Assembly: GCA_023380305.1 (NCBI GenBank)
Contig: JAMCQZ010000005.1
Span: 14,902-78,901 of the forward strand
Direction of reading: 5' to 3'
Origin: Patescibacteria group bacterium
GTDB lineage: Bacteria > Patescibacteriota > Minisyncoccia > UBA6257 > Colwellbacteraceae
DNA: 64,000 bases
Shown here: piece after piece, positions 46,001 through 54,946 of the stretch
Layout of the letters: each line of letters opens with the position of its first letter
Numbering within the stretch: the first letter of the stretch is position 1
Made by a program: the position numbers and the translations under genes
Notes under the pieces: model-generated
What the model saw: only the letters and a program-made list of their open reading frames with translations
What the model was told of the DNA's origin: nothing
The model's database searches: none

Positions 46001-47464
46001 CTATTGAATGTTCAGCCACCGATAAAAGACTCCCGCAGCCTTTTTATTTTTCAGTTTTTTAAACAGATAATCGAACGTCGCCGAATGCAGTTTACACCAA
46101 TCGTTCGACGGTCCGGCCGGAAATAGATCTCCGTAGATCATGTAGTTCATTACCGGACAAATACCGCAATAGGGCTTGTAAGCGCAATAATCACACTGGG
46201 TGTTATCGAGCGTCGAACACGCGAGTAAAGTCTTCGTTTTTTGGCTGTTAATGATCTTCTGGTAATATTTGGCGGACGTCATGCCTTTCTTCTGAAGATC
46301 GGCCAGATCGCCCACGGCAAAAGTATCGTCGCCGCACATTCTGCCCTCGTCGCAGGAATAAATTTTGCCATCATAATTATACAATATTTGCCCGGTAACG
46401 GCTCCGCATGGAGACCTGAGTTCGGTAAAACCCGGGTCGACTTCCTGCATGATTTTCTGCAGCATGATCCGGCTTCCGCGCTCGTAAAATTGCTTTCCTT
46501 GAAGGTTTAAATCGATGATATAATCGAGAGATTTTTTCCAAAATTTCAAAAATTCTTCTACAGAATAACCGATGCGGTTTTTCGCTTCGCCAGCCGCTCC
46601 AAGATAACTGAGCCTTCTCAGATGGACCCCTTCGAATCCCCATTTCAAATATTCATCCACGATCTCCTTGGGATATTTCAAAGATTCTTTTGAAATGGTC
46701 ACGAGAGCGGACAAATGATAGATATCCCTGCCGGACGCCTGTCTCTCGCCCTCTATTTTTTTAATCTTATCGATCCAATCGGAAGTCACTTTATAGCTGC
46801 TTTTGCCGGGAAACGGCCGGTTGAGATTGTGAACTTCTTCCGGGCCGTCCAAGGAAGTGCAAACCGAAACCCGATTGTCGGCCAAAAAATCGAATTTTTC
46901 CTTGTCCATCAAGCTCAAGTTGGTAACGAGACTGATAAGCAAGATTTTCCGGATCTTTTCGTTCTTTTTGCGGCTGTATTCGACGATGAATTTGACCACG
47001 GGCCAGTTTACTAAAGGCTCCCCTCCCTGAAATTCAATGGTGATAACCTGGCTCGGTGATTCAAAAATCATATCCACCGCCCGCTTGGCGGTTTTAAGAT
47101 TCATGTCGTAGCCTTTCGACGTCAAGTCCCGAGAGCTCGCCTGGCAATACACGCATTTATAATTGCACCTCAAGGTGGTAACGATAATATGCAAAGACGG
47201 CCCTTGAAACAGAAAAGCCGATCTATTTTGATATCGCGTGATTGATTTTGTTAAATCCCAATCGTCTTTTAAAAAACCCTTGGCCCTCAATTGGTCATAT
47301 AAATTGGTATCTGGCTTTATCTTCCCCCGAGTAAAACTGGAAAATTCGTCCGGGGACAAAAAAAGATGATGTCCTGTATCGTTGGTAATCAGATAATCTT
47401 TATCGATTTTTTTGAATCGAAAAAAATTCGGTTTATCGGGATTTAATTTTAATGGTTTGGGCAT
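46001..47464 (-). CDS. Radical SAM/SPASM enzyme (rSAM-9, 487 aa) with an N-terminal extension; candidate HxsB/HxsC-type maturase
   Basis: TTLRCNYKCVYC, and C-terminal CGAV...CDEGRMCGDD...CSTLDNTQCDYCAYKPYCGICP. Its stop is 6 nt upstream of the precursor start. Confidence 0.8.
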   Translation of the reverse strand: MPKPLKLNPDKPNFFRFKKIDKDYLITNDTGHHLFLSPDEFSSFTRGKIKPDTNLYDQLRAKGFLKDDWDLTKSITRYQNRSAFLFQGPSLHIIVTTLRCNYKCVYCQASSRDLTSKGYDMNLKTAKRAVDMIFESPSQVITIEFQGGEPLVNWPVVKFIVEYSRKKNEKIRKILLISLVTNLSLMDKEKFDFLADNRVSVCTSLDGPEEVHNLNRPFPGKSSYKVTSDWIDKIKKIEGERQASGRDIYHLSALVTISKESLKYPKEIVDEYLKWGFEGVHLRRLSYLGAAGEAKNRIGYSVEEFLKFWKKSLDYIIDLNLQGKQFYERGSRIMLQKIMQEVDPGFTELRSPCGAVTGQILYNYDGKIYSCDEGRMCGDDTFAVGDLADLQKKGMTSAKYYQKIINSQKTKTLLACSTLDNTQCDYCAYKPYCGICPVMNYMIYGDLFPAGPSNDWCKLHSATFDYLFKKLKNKKAAGVFYRWLNIQ

Positions 47465-47465
47465 T

Positions 47466-47717
47466 CTATAAAATGGCTTTCATTTCCGCCAAGGCGCGAT
47501 TTGCTATTTCATCGGCGATCAGGCTGGCGTCAAACGGCTTCTTGTCCTTTACAAAGACACTCACGTTGATCGACGCTCTGGCGTCGTCGATCTCCAAACG
47601 AGCCAGGCCCTTAAATTGTCTGGCTGCTTTTGCCACGGATTCACGATTATAAAACTTTTTGTTGAAACGGATCAATCTCCCCGGCTGGACCCTTGAAGCA
47701 GTTGATTTGAGCGTCAT
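47466..47717 (-). CDS. Small hypothetical protein of 83 aa
   Basis: Co-oriented, with a 1-nt gap to rSAM-9. Confidence 0.4.
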   Translation of the reverse strand: MTLKSTASRVQPGRLIRFNKKFYNRESVAKAARQFKGLARLEIDDARASINVSVFVKDKKPFDASLIADEIANRALAEMKAIL

Positions 47718-47720
47718 CGG

Positions 47721-48287
47721 TTATTTTTTCGCTTTCTGCGTTTTTTTCTTCTCCGCCGTTTCCGCGTTTGAGACAGAAGCGGAATCGGCCGCGTATTTTT
47801 CCTCCCAAGGAACGGCAATCTGCATCGGGTCTTCTTCCCAGGCCTCGGACTGGTCCGCTGCCGCTACCCCGGCCTCGTCCTCCACAACCGGCAATTCTTC
47901 GGGGTTAATGTCTTCATCTTCCTCCGTCTCTGTTACCGGAAATACGTTTATCTCTCCCGAAGCCCCGAGAAGGGCGGCGCCGACGATATATTCCCTCAAC
48001 TTAGCGTTTCTTTTTACGATCTGCTGACGGAGACTGTAATTAACGAGCTCATTTAAAAATTCTGATTTTATTTCCCGACTATCGCCGAAGCTCGCCTCAT
48101 CCTTGCTTTTTAAGCTAACAATGATCTTCTTGTCCGGATCGCCGTCCAAAAAAACATAAGCCCTGTCCAGAAAAACATAAGCGGCGCCGTAAATCGCTTC
48201 CAACGGATAAATCTTAGGATTGACGACAACTTTAATTTCTTTGTTTTCGGGTTGAGATTTTTTAACCGTATTCTTCCGTTTTGTCAT
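47721..48287 (-). CDS. Hypothetical protein with an acidic C-terminal half; possible HxsD-like component
   Basis: It contains FLNELVNYSLRQQ, which resembles the LLNDYxLRE motif I recall as the TIGRFAMs label for HxsD. This needs an HMM check. Confidence 0.4.
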   Translation of the reverse strand: MTKRKNTVKKSQPENKEIKVVVNPKIYPLEAIYGAAYVFLDRAYVFLDGDPDKKIIVSLKSKDEASFGDSREIKSEFLNELVNYSLRQQIVKRNAKLREYIVGAALLGASGEINVFPVTETEEDEDINPEELPVVEDEAGVAAADQSEAWEEDPMQIAVPWEEKYAADSASVSNAETAEKKKTQKAKK

Positions 48288-48298
48288 AAGAATAGAAA

Positions 48299-49459
48299 TT
48301 AGATCGGATTACTGACTTTACAACAAAGCATATACCCGGAAGTCAATGCTACACCAGACCAGGTGTAAAAACCAGAGGGACAGGAGGTAGTGCCGCCGCC
48401 GCTCGTGTAAGCGACTAAATTACAAATGTTGGCGTTCCCGGTAACCGTCAAGGTGCCGTCGATCGAGGCGTTATTGTCTCCGGGGTCGGTGTCTCCGCCG
48501 ACATGCAAACCGCCGTTAATAGCAAGTTTGGCCACCGGATTGGTCGTGCCAACGCCGACGTTTCCGTTAGTCAATACCAGGATGTTGCTGAATTGGTCGG
48601 CGCCGGTGCTTTTATTTATATATGACCAAATTAATGAGCCGCTAGTCACGGCGGTTCCCACGGTATGTAATTTGTAAGAATAAGTGGTGTCCTGATCAAA
48701 CAACACACCTCCTGCGCCAGCCACGGAAGTGCTATTCTGAAAACGAGCGGTATAGCTGGTCGCCGTATTCCCCGCAGAAGCAACCTGCAGTTTTGCTCCG
48801 GGAGCGGACGTCCCGATGCCGATGTTACCGCCGCTAGGCGCAATTATAATGTCGCCTTTCGTGGCATTTGTGGTGGAATCTAAAGTAAGCTTCCCAGAAG
48901 CGTCATTGCTGCCGAAAACACTTAAACTATTGCCCGTGCCGAAAGCGTTGATTTGGGAATTTGTCGCGCTTCCGGAAAGAATTAATCCGTTAGTACCGGA
49001 AGCTCCATAAATTCTAAGATTCTGATCATTAACGGCTCCATTATATATAATCAAGGTGTTGTTCTGAGGTTGAATATGCGTATATGAAGCGCTCGTGGAA
49101 TCAGAAATACGCTTATTGCCATTCAACATAATATCGTTGCCACCGATATTTAAGTCGCCCGCCGTTGTCACCGAATAACTGGTCGATGGCGCCACGCCTA
49201 CCCCCAGGTAAGTGCCGATTTTTGCGTTACCATTAACATCCAGATTATATCCTGGAGTCGCCGTTCCAATGCCAACAGTTCCGTCAGCTTTGATGTAGAT
49301 TACGTTCGCTGGCGCCCCAGACTCGATCACAAAACTGCCTCCACCCGCAGGCGGCAAAGCCGTCGGATCCTGCCAAGCCAAGGCCACGGGTTGAGCCGCC
49401 AGCCCAAAAATCGACCCGATGCTCAAAAAAACGACAGCAACGATGATTTTCTTATTCAT
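48299..49459 (-). CDS. Secreted Gly/Thr/Asn-rich beta-helix-like repeat protein with a Cys-containing C-terminus
   Basis: A signal peptide, then recurring GN(I/V)GIGT(T/S)xPxAKLxV-type repeats, and a C-terminus ...CNLVAYTSGGGTTSCPSGFYTW...MLCCKVSNPI. Confidence 0.5.
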   Translation of the reverse strand: MNKKIIVAVVFLSIGSIFGLAAQPVALAWQDPTALPPAGGGSFVIESGAPANVIYIKADGTVGIGTATPGYNLDVNGNAKIGTYLGVGVAPSTSYSVTTAGDLNIGGNDIMLNGNKRISDSTSASYTHIQPQNNTLIIYNGAVNDQNLRIYGASGTNGLILSGSATNSQINAFGTGNSLSVFGSNDASGKLTLDSTTNATKGDIIIAPSGGNIGIGTSAPGAKLQVASAGNTATSYTARFQNSTSVAGAGGVLFDQDTTYSYKLHTVGTAVTSGSLIWSYINKSTGADQFSNILVLTNGNVGVGTTNPVAKLAINGGLHVGGDTDPGDNNASIDGTLTVTGNANICNLVAYTSGGGTTSCPSGFYTWSGVALTSGYMLCCKVSNPI

Positions 49460-49505
49460 ATCTTTATGTATATAAAGACGGATCTCTTTAATAAATTATA
49501 CATCA

Positions 49506-49522
49506 AAAACCCCGAAAAGCGT
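49506..49522 (-). terminator. Possible weak intrinsic terminator after rnc
   Basis: On the minus strand, CCCCACGCTTTTCGGGG is followed by TTTTTG. Confidence 0.35.
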
Positions 49523-49619
49523 GGGGATAACCCTATTTGCTGCGATAAAAAGGAGCGCAAAATCCGAAATCCCAAATCTGAAAGATGAAGATGAGACTCA
49601 AAGCCTTATAAAATGGAAT

Positions 49620-50306
49620 CTATTTCATTTTTTGCAGCGCTTCCTTGGCCGCTGCTATTTCCGCTTCTTGTTTGGAAGCGCCCGTGCCTTCGCCTTTCAG
49701 CTCGTCTCCAAAATAGACTCCGACCGAAAATACCCTCGCATGATCCGGACCAGACTCGGACAGAAGCTTATAGACCGGAGTCAATTTCAATTCGGCCTGG
49801 CTTATCTCTTGCAGCAGGCTTTTCGGATCTTTATAAAGCTGCTTCTTTTCTATTTCCTCGAGGTGAGAAAGCACGAACCGCAAGACGAATTTGTCAGCGG
49901 CTTCGAATCCCTGATCGACATAGACTGCGCCGGTCAGGGCCTCAAAGGCATCGGCTAAAATAGTCTCCATGGCCCGACCCGCCATCTGGGCCTCGCCCCT
50001 TGAAACCAAAAGATGATCACGGAGGCCGACTTCCTCTTCCGCGATTTTTGAAAGCATCTTCGTATTTACCAGGGCGGCCCGAAGCAAGGTAAGCAATCCC
50101 TCCTCGAATCTTGGTCGAGTCTTCCAAAGGTATTCGGTCGTGATAAGTTCCAAAACGGCGTCGCCCAAAAATTCCAGACGTTCGTTTTGAGGCAATTTCC
50201 AAGAAGGATTTTCGTTTAAATACGAACGATGGGTCAGCGCTTCCTTGAGAAGGTTTTCGTTTTTAAAATAAACGCCGATCTTATTTTCCAAAGAAACGAT
50301 ATCCAT
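49620..50306 (-). CDS. rnc: Ribonuclease III
   Basis: ERLEFLGDAVLEL catalytic signature plus a C-terminal dsRBD. Confidence 0.9.
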   Translation of the reverse strand: MDIVSLENKIGVYFKNENLLKEALTHRSYLNENPSWKLPQNERLEFLGDAVLELITTEYLWKTRPRFEEGLLTLLRAALVNTKMLSKIAEEEVGLRDHLLVSRGEAQMAGRAMETILADAFEALTGAVYVDQGFEAADKFVLRFVLSHLEEIEKKQLYKDPKSLLQEISQAELKLTPVYKLLSESGPDHARVFSVGVYFGDELKGEGTGASKQEAEIAAAKEALQKMK

Positions 50307-50333
50307 GTTGTTAAGCCGATGTTAAAATCCGGT

Positions 50334-50825
50334 TTATTCCGCCCCCGCGGCGTTTTTACCGCCGGCCGCGGCTTCGCGCTCTTTTTTGGTCGGTTCGCCC
50401 TTGTCCGGCTCGCCGATCTCCCGATAGATCGTTCCCAAAACCCCGTTGATGAATTTTCCGGAGTTGGGACCGCCGTAAGCCTTGGCGAGTTCGATCGCTT
50501 CGTTGATAGCCACCCTCGGCGGCACCTCGTTCCGATCGGCAAAAAGAAGCTCGTAAAGTCCGACCCGTAAAACGTTCCGGTCGATGGGAGCAATTTGATT
50601 GATTGGCCATTCAGGAGCGGCCTTGACGATGATGGCGTCGAGATCCGGCATCTTTTGAATCACGCCGGATGAAAGTTTTTTAATAAAGTCCCTTTCGTCG
50701 GTGTCCGGAAAAAATTCCTTGATGTTTCTTTCAAGGATAGCATCGAGATTCCCCCTCTGGCCGCCGAAATCCCATTCGTAAAGCGACTGTAGAACGATTG
50801 ATCTTCCTATTTGGCGAGCGGACAC
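50334..50825 (-). CDS. nusB: Transcription antitermination factor NusB
   Basis: Similarity to the NusB family in the first 140 aa (R..RE.A.Q.LY), plus a short Ala-rich tail. Confidence 0.8.
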   Translation of the reverse strand: MSARQIGRSIVLQSLYEWDFGGQRGNLDAILERNIKEFFPDTDERDFIKKLSSGVIQKMPDLDAIIVKAAPEWPINQIAPIDRNVLRVGLYELLFADRNEVPPRVAINEAIELAKAYGGPNSGKFINGVLGTIYREIGEPDKGEPTKKEREAAAGGKNAAGAE

Positions 50826-50863
50826 GTTGGTGGCTTAAAAGTTAAAAAACAAAGATTGGTCGA

Positions 50864-51013
50864 TTATTTGTAAAATCCGCAATTGGGGCAAGCGCGATGG
50901 GGAGCGACCGGAGCGCCGCATTTCTTGCAAACCCCGACGGTCGCCTTGGTCTTCGCGAGATGCGAGCGCCGGCGTCCGACTTTCGATTTCGAGTGGTGTT
51001 TTACTGGAGGCAT
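50864..51013 (-). CDS. rpmF: 50S ribosomal protein L32; not in the supplied ORF track
   Basis: Manual translation gives MPPVKHHSKSKVGRRRSHLAKTKATVGVCKKCGAPVAPHRACPNCGFYK, which has a basic N-terminus and the CxxC...CxxC zinc ribbon typical of L32. Confidence 0.8.
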   Translation of the reverse strand: MPPVKHHSKSKVGRRRSHLAKTKATVGVCKKCGAPVAPHRACPNCGFYK

Positions 51014-51055
51014 TTTGTGATTATCTTTTATTAATCGGCCCGAATCTGGGCCCTC

Positions 51056-51739
51056 TTATTTAGGCTTTATATTATTGCAATTTTCCAAAAACGTCAATCG
51101 GTGAATCGGACTCGGACCGTGCCGCCGGATGGCTTCGATATGCTCTTTCGTGCCGTAACCCTTGTGTCTTATAAAATTGTACGCCGGATAGTCTTTGTGT
51201 TTAAGATCCATATAGCAGTCCCGCGAAACTTTGGCGACGATCGAGGCCAGTTTTATGGCGACGAATCTTTCATCGCCGGAGACGACCGTCTTTACGGATC
51301 TTATCAAAACCTTTTTAAAATCGCGGCCGGCGACGGTCTCCTGCCAATGCCTGCTTTTCAAATAAAGTCCGCCGTCCAAATAAATTCTCACTTCCGATGT
51401 TTGCCGCGATTTCGAAAGCTCGCTACAGATTTTCCGACACGACTTATAAGCGGCGGCGTTTGCCGCGTTCGCAATATTCATCTTGTCGATCTTCCGGGGA
51501 TAAATCCGGCTTGTCGCGTAAACGATCCGAAGGCGGGAAGACGACGGACGATGAACGGCTTGATATTCCAACCATTTTTTCCACTTTTTCCTTTCTCCGG
51601 CCGAAAGCCGCTTCGAGTCTTTAAGCTTCAAGGGCCCGGCTTTCGGCTTGAATCCGGCCGGCAAAAGACAGGCGCCGACGCAGACTGGCCCGGCCAAGGG
51701 ACCGCGGCCGACTTCGTCAACGCCAAGGATGTATTTCAT
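51056..51739 (-). CDS. rnhB: Ribonuclease HII
   Basis: GVDEVGRGPLAGPV catalytic motif, with the start taken at MKYILGVDE. The longer track ORF to 51925 overlaps the divergent dnaE. Confidence 0.8.
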   Translation of the reverse strand: MKYILGVDEVGRGPLAGPVCVGACLLPAGFKPKAGPLKLKDSKRLSAGERKKWKKWLEYQAVHRPSSSRLRIVYATSRIYPRKIDKMNIANAANAAAYKSCRKICSELSKSRQTSEVRIYLDGGLYLKSRHWQETVAGRDFKKVLIRSVKTVVSGDERFVAIKLASIVAKVSRDCYMDLKHKDYPAYNFIRHKGYGTKEHIEAIRRHGPSPIHRLTFLENCNNIKPK

Positions 51740-51802
51740 AAAATAATGCGGCCGATGATCGCCGGTTTGGAACCCGCAAAAAGTCGCTCTATAATTATAC
51801 CA

Positions 51803-54800
51803 ATGAAATTCGTCCATCTGCATACCCACAGCCATTATTCTCTCCTCGACGGATTGTCGAAGATAGACGACCTTGTTAATTACGCCAAAGAACTGGGAAT
51901 GGATGCTCTGGCCGTCACCGATCACGGCAACATGTATGCCGCCGTGGAGTTTTACAAAAAAGCCAAAGCCGCGGGACTAAAGCCAGTCATCGGCGCGGAG
52001 CTTTATGTCGCTTTCGGATCGCGATTTTCCAAAAACGCCAAAGTGGACAATATCCGCTATCACCTGACACTGCTCGTTAAGAACGAAACCGGCTACAAAA
52101 ATCTCGTCAAATTGGTCACGGCAGCGAATCTTGAAGGTTTTTATTACAAACCGCGCATCGACCACGAACTCATCGAAAAACACCACGAAGGATTGATCTG
52201 CCTTTCCGGATGCTTCACCGGAGAGATCTCGAGGCTGCTCGAATTTGGCAAGACCGAAGAAGCCAAAGAAGTCGCCCTGTTTTATAAAAACCTTTTTGCC
52301 GACGATTTTTACATCGAAATCCAACAGCATTCCGGAGAGACTCGGCCGAAGCTCATCAAGCTCGCGAACGAGCTCCAAATACCCCTGGTCGCCACCCAGG
52401 ATTCCCATTATCTGCGACCGGAAGACAAAGCCACCCACGAAGTGCTTCTCGCCATCCAGACCCAAAACCAGTTCGACGACGAGAAAAGGCTGACGATGAA
52501 AGACTTCGACCTTTCGCTCACTTCACCCGAAAGGATGGCCGAGCTTTTTTCAGACGTTCCCGAAGCCCTGGAGAACACCATAAAAATAGCCGACAAATGC
52601 AATTTCGAATTCGAGCTTGGTAAAAACAAACTGCCGGCCTATCCAATCCCCGAAGGAGAAACTCCCCTCTCTTATTTGAAGAAGCTGATCGACGAACGGA
52701 TCAAGGAACGTTTTTCGGAAATCACGCCGGAAATCAAAGAAAGGCTAGAATATGAGCTTTCCGTCATCGAGCAGACGGGGTTTGCCAGCTATTTGTTGAT
52801 CGTCCAGGATTTCGTCCGCTGGGCTAAAAGCCACGGCATCGTCGTCGGCCCGGGCAGGGGCTCGGCCGCTTCAAGCATCATCGTTTATATCCTCGGCATC
52901 ACCGAGGTCAACCCCCTTCCCTACGGGTTGCTTTTCGAAAGATTTTTGAATCCGGCGAGAATTCAGATGCCCGATATCGACATGGATTTTGCTGATACGA
53001 GACGGGAAGAAGTCATCGGCTATGTCAAAGAAAAATACGGCGAAGACCGCGTCGCCCAAATCATCACTTTCGGAACCTTGGCCGCCCGCGCCGCCATCAG
53101 GGACGCCGGACGGGCTCTCGGATATCCCTATTCTTTTGTCGATCACATCGCCAAGCTCATTCCCTTCGAACCGAACCAAGGTAAATCCGACCACCAACTC
53201 GAGGAGCTCCTGGAGTCGAACGCCGAATTCCGCAAGGAATACGAAACCGATCCGGATATCAAAAAGATCGTCGACGCCGCCTCGAAACTCGAAGGAGTGG
53301 CGAGGCACGCTTCGGTTCACGCCGCGGGCGTCGTCATCACCGACAAACCGATCACCGAATACGCGCCTCTCCAGCGGTCGCCGCAAGATGAGACCGCTTC
53401 AATCACCCAATTCGAAATGCACGCCGTCGAAGACATGGGCCTCCTAAAAATGGATTTTTTGGGGCTCCGCAACCTGACCATCATCGAGGGCTGCCTCCGG
53501 TTGGTCAAGGAAAAAGGAGAATCCATTGAAATCAACAATCTCCCGTTGGACGATAGAGGCACCTTCGCCCTGCTCCAGGCCGGAGACAACGTCGGCGTGT
53601 TCCAATTCGAAGGCGCCGGCATGACGCGCTGGCTCATGGCCATGAAGGCCGACCGCTTCGAAGACCTGGTGGCCATGGTCGCCCTATTCCGCCCGGGCCC
53701 GATGGAACTTATTCCCTCCTACATCGCAAGAAAACAAGGACGCGAACCGATCACCTATCTTCATACGAAACTCCAACCGATCCTCGGCGGCACCTATGGC
53801 ATCATGATCTACCAGGAGCAGCTTCTGATGATCGCCCGCGAAATGGCGGGCTTCACCTACGGCGAAGCCGACGTTCTCCGCAAAGCCGTCGGTAAAAAGA
53901 TCAAATCCCTGCTCGACCAGCAAGCGGAAAAATTCATCTCCGGCGTCGAAAAGACTTTGGGCGACAAAAAACTCGGCGAGGATCTTTGGAAGCTGGCCGA
54001 GCCCTTCGCCCGATACGGATTCAACAAAGCCCACTCCGTCTGCTACGCCCTGATCGGCTATCAAACGGCTTACCTCAAGGCCCATTACCCGCAAGAGTTT
54101 ATGACGAGTCTTTTAAACAACGACTCTTCGGATGTGGAGCGCATCGCCGTTCTCGTCGCCGACTGCCGCCGCATGAAAATTCAAGTCTTATCCCCGGACG
54201 TCAATAAAAGCTACCCCGACTTTGTTCCGGAAGACCAAAACATCCGTTTCGGATTGTCGGCTATCAAAAATGTCGGCGTGGCCATCACCCAGGCTATCGT
54301 CGACGAACGGCTCCGCGGCGGACCGTTTTTAAACCTCGAAGATTTTATTTCAAGAATCAACCACAAAGATTTGAATAAGAAATCCCTGGAGAGCCTGATC
54401 AAGTGCGGAGCCATGGATTCTTTGGGCGTCGAAAGGAAAACCCTGCTTATGAATTTGGATGATATCATCAAGACCTTGAGCGCTTATCGCCGAAGCCTAA
54501 CTGCGAGCCAGACGAGCCTTTTCGGAGGCGCGCCGAAAATGACGATCAAGCTGACGCCGGTCGCCCCGGCGACGAATATGGAAAAACTCAATTGGGAAAA
54601 GGAACTTCTGGGACTCTTTGTCTCAGACCATCCTTTAAACGGATTCCAACACAACAACGACGGAGCGACGCCTTTGACCGAGATCAAGAATATCCGCGAT
54701 GGTTGGAGCGTCACTGTAACGGGCCTCGTTACCAAGATCCAAAAAATTAATACCAAAAACGGACAACCGATGTTGTTTGTAAAACTGGAGGATTTGAGCA

Positions 54801-54946
54801 ATAATGTGGAAATATTGGTCTTCAACGACACCCTCCAAAAAAAGCCCGATATCTGGAGAGAAAATGCAATTTTGGAGGTCAAAGGACGAGTTTCAAGAAA
54901 AAACGGAGAACCAAAAATAATATGCGAAACAGCAAAAATAATATAA
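51803..54946 (+). CDS. dnaE: DNA polymerase III alpha subunit
   Basis: Start at MKFVHLHTHSHYSLLDG (PHP domain), followed by a polymerase core and a C-terminal OB fold. The track ORF starts spuriously at 51101. Confidence 0.9.
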   Translation: MKFVHLHTHSHYSLLDGLSKIDDLVNYAKELGMDALAVTDHGNMYAAVEFYKKAKAAGLKPVIGAELYVAFGSRFSKNAKVDNIRYHLTLLVKNETGYKNLVKLVTAANLEGFYYKPRIDHELIEKHHEGLICLSGCFTGEISRLLEFGKTEEAKEVALFYKNLFADDFYIEIQQHSGETRPKLIKLANELQIPLVATQDSHYLRPEDKATHEVLLAIQTQNQFDDEKRLTMKDFDLSLTSPERMAELFSDVPEALENTIKIADKCNFEFELGKNKLPAYPIPEGETPLSYLKKLIDERIKERFSEITPEIKERLEYELSVIEQTGFASYLLIVQDFVRWAKSHGIVVGPGRGSAASSIIVYILGITEVNPLPYGLLFERFLNPARIQMPDIDMDFADTRREEVIGYVKEKYGEDRVAQIITFGTLAARAAIRDAGRALGYPYSFVDHIAKLIPFEPNQGKSDHQLEELLESNAEFRKEYETDPDIKKIVDAASKLEGVARHASVHAAGVVITDKPITEYAPLQRSPQDETASITQFEMHAVEDMGLLKMDFLGLRNLTIIEGCLRLVKEKGESIEINNLPLDDRGTFALLQAGDNVGVFQFEGAGMTRWLMAMKADRFEDLVAMVALFRPGPMELIPSYIARKQGREPITYLHTKLQPILGGTYGIMIYQEQLLMIAREMAGFTYGEADVLRKAVGKKIKSLLDQQAEKFISGVEKTLGDKKLGEDLWKLAEPFARYGFNKAHSVCYALIGYQTAYLKAHYPQEFMTSLLNNDSSDVERIAVLVADCRRMKIQVLSPDVNKSYPDFVPEDQNIRFGLSAIKNVGVAITQAIVDERLRGGPFLNLEDFISRINHKDLNKKSLESLIKCGAMDSLGVERKTLLMNLDDIIKTLSAYRRSLTASQTSLFGGAPKMTIKLTPVAPATNMEKLNWEKELLGLFVSDHPLNGFQHNNDGATPLTEIKNIRDGWSVTVTGLVTKIQKINTKNGQPMLFVKLEDLSNNVEILVFNDTLQKKPDIWRENAILEVKGRVSRKNGEPKIICETAKII

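Noticed and set aside
51101-51802. N-terminal 234-aa extension of the dnaE ORF in the track
   Set aside because: It overlaps rnhB on the opposite strand. DnaE homology and a canonical PHP-domain start (MKFVHLHTHSHYSLLDG) begin at 51803.
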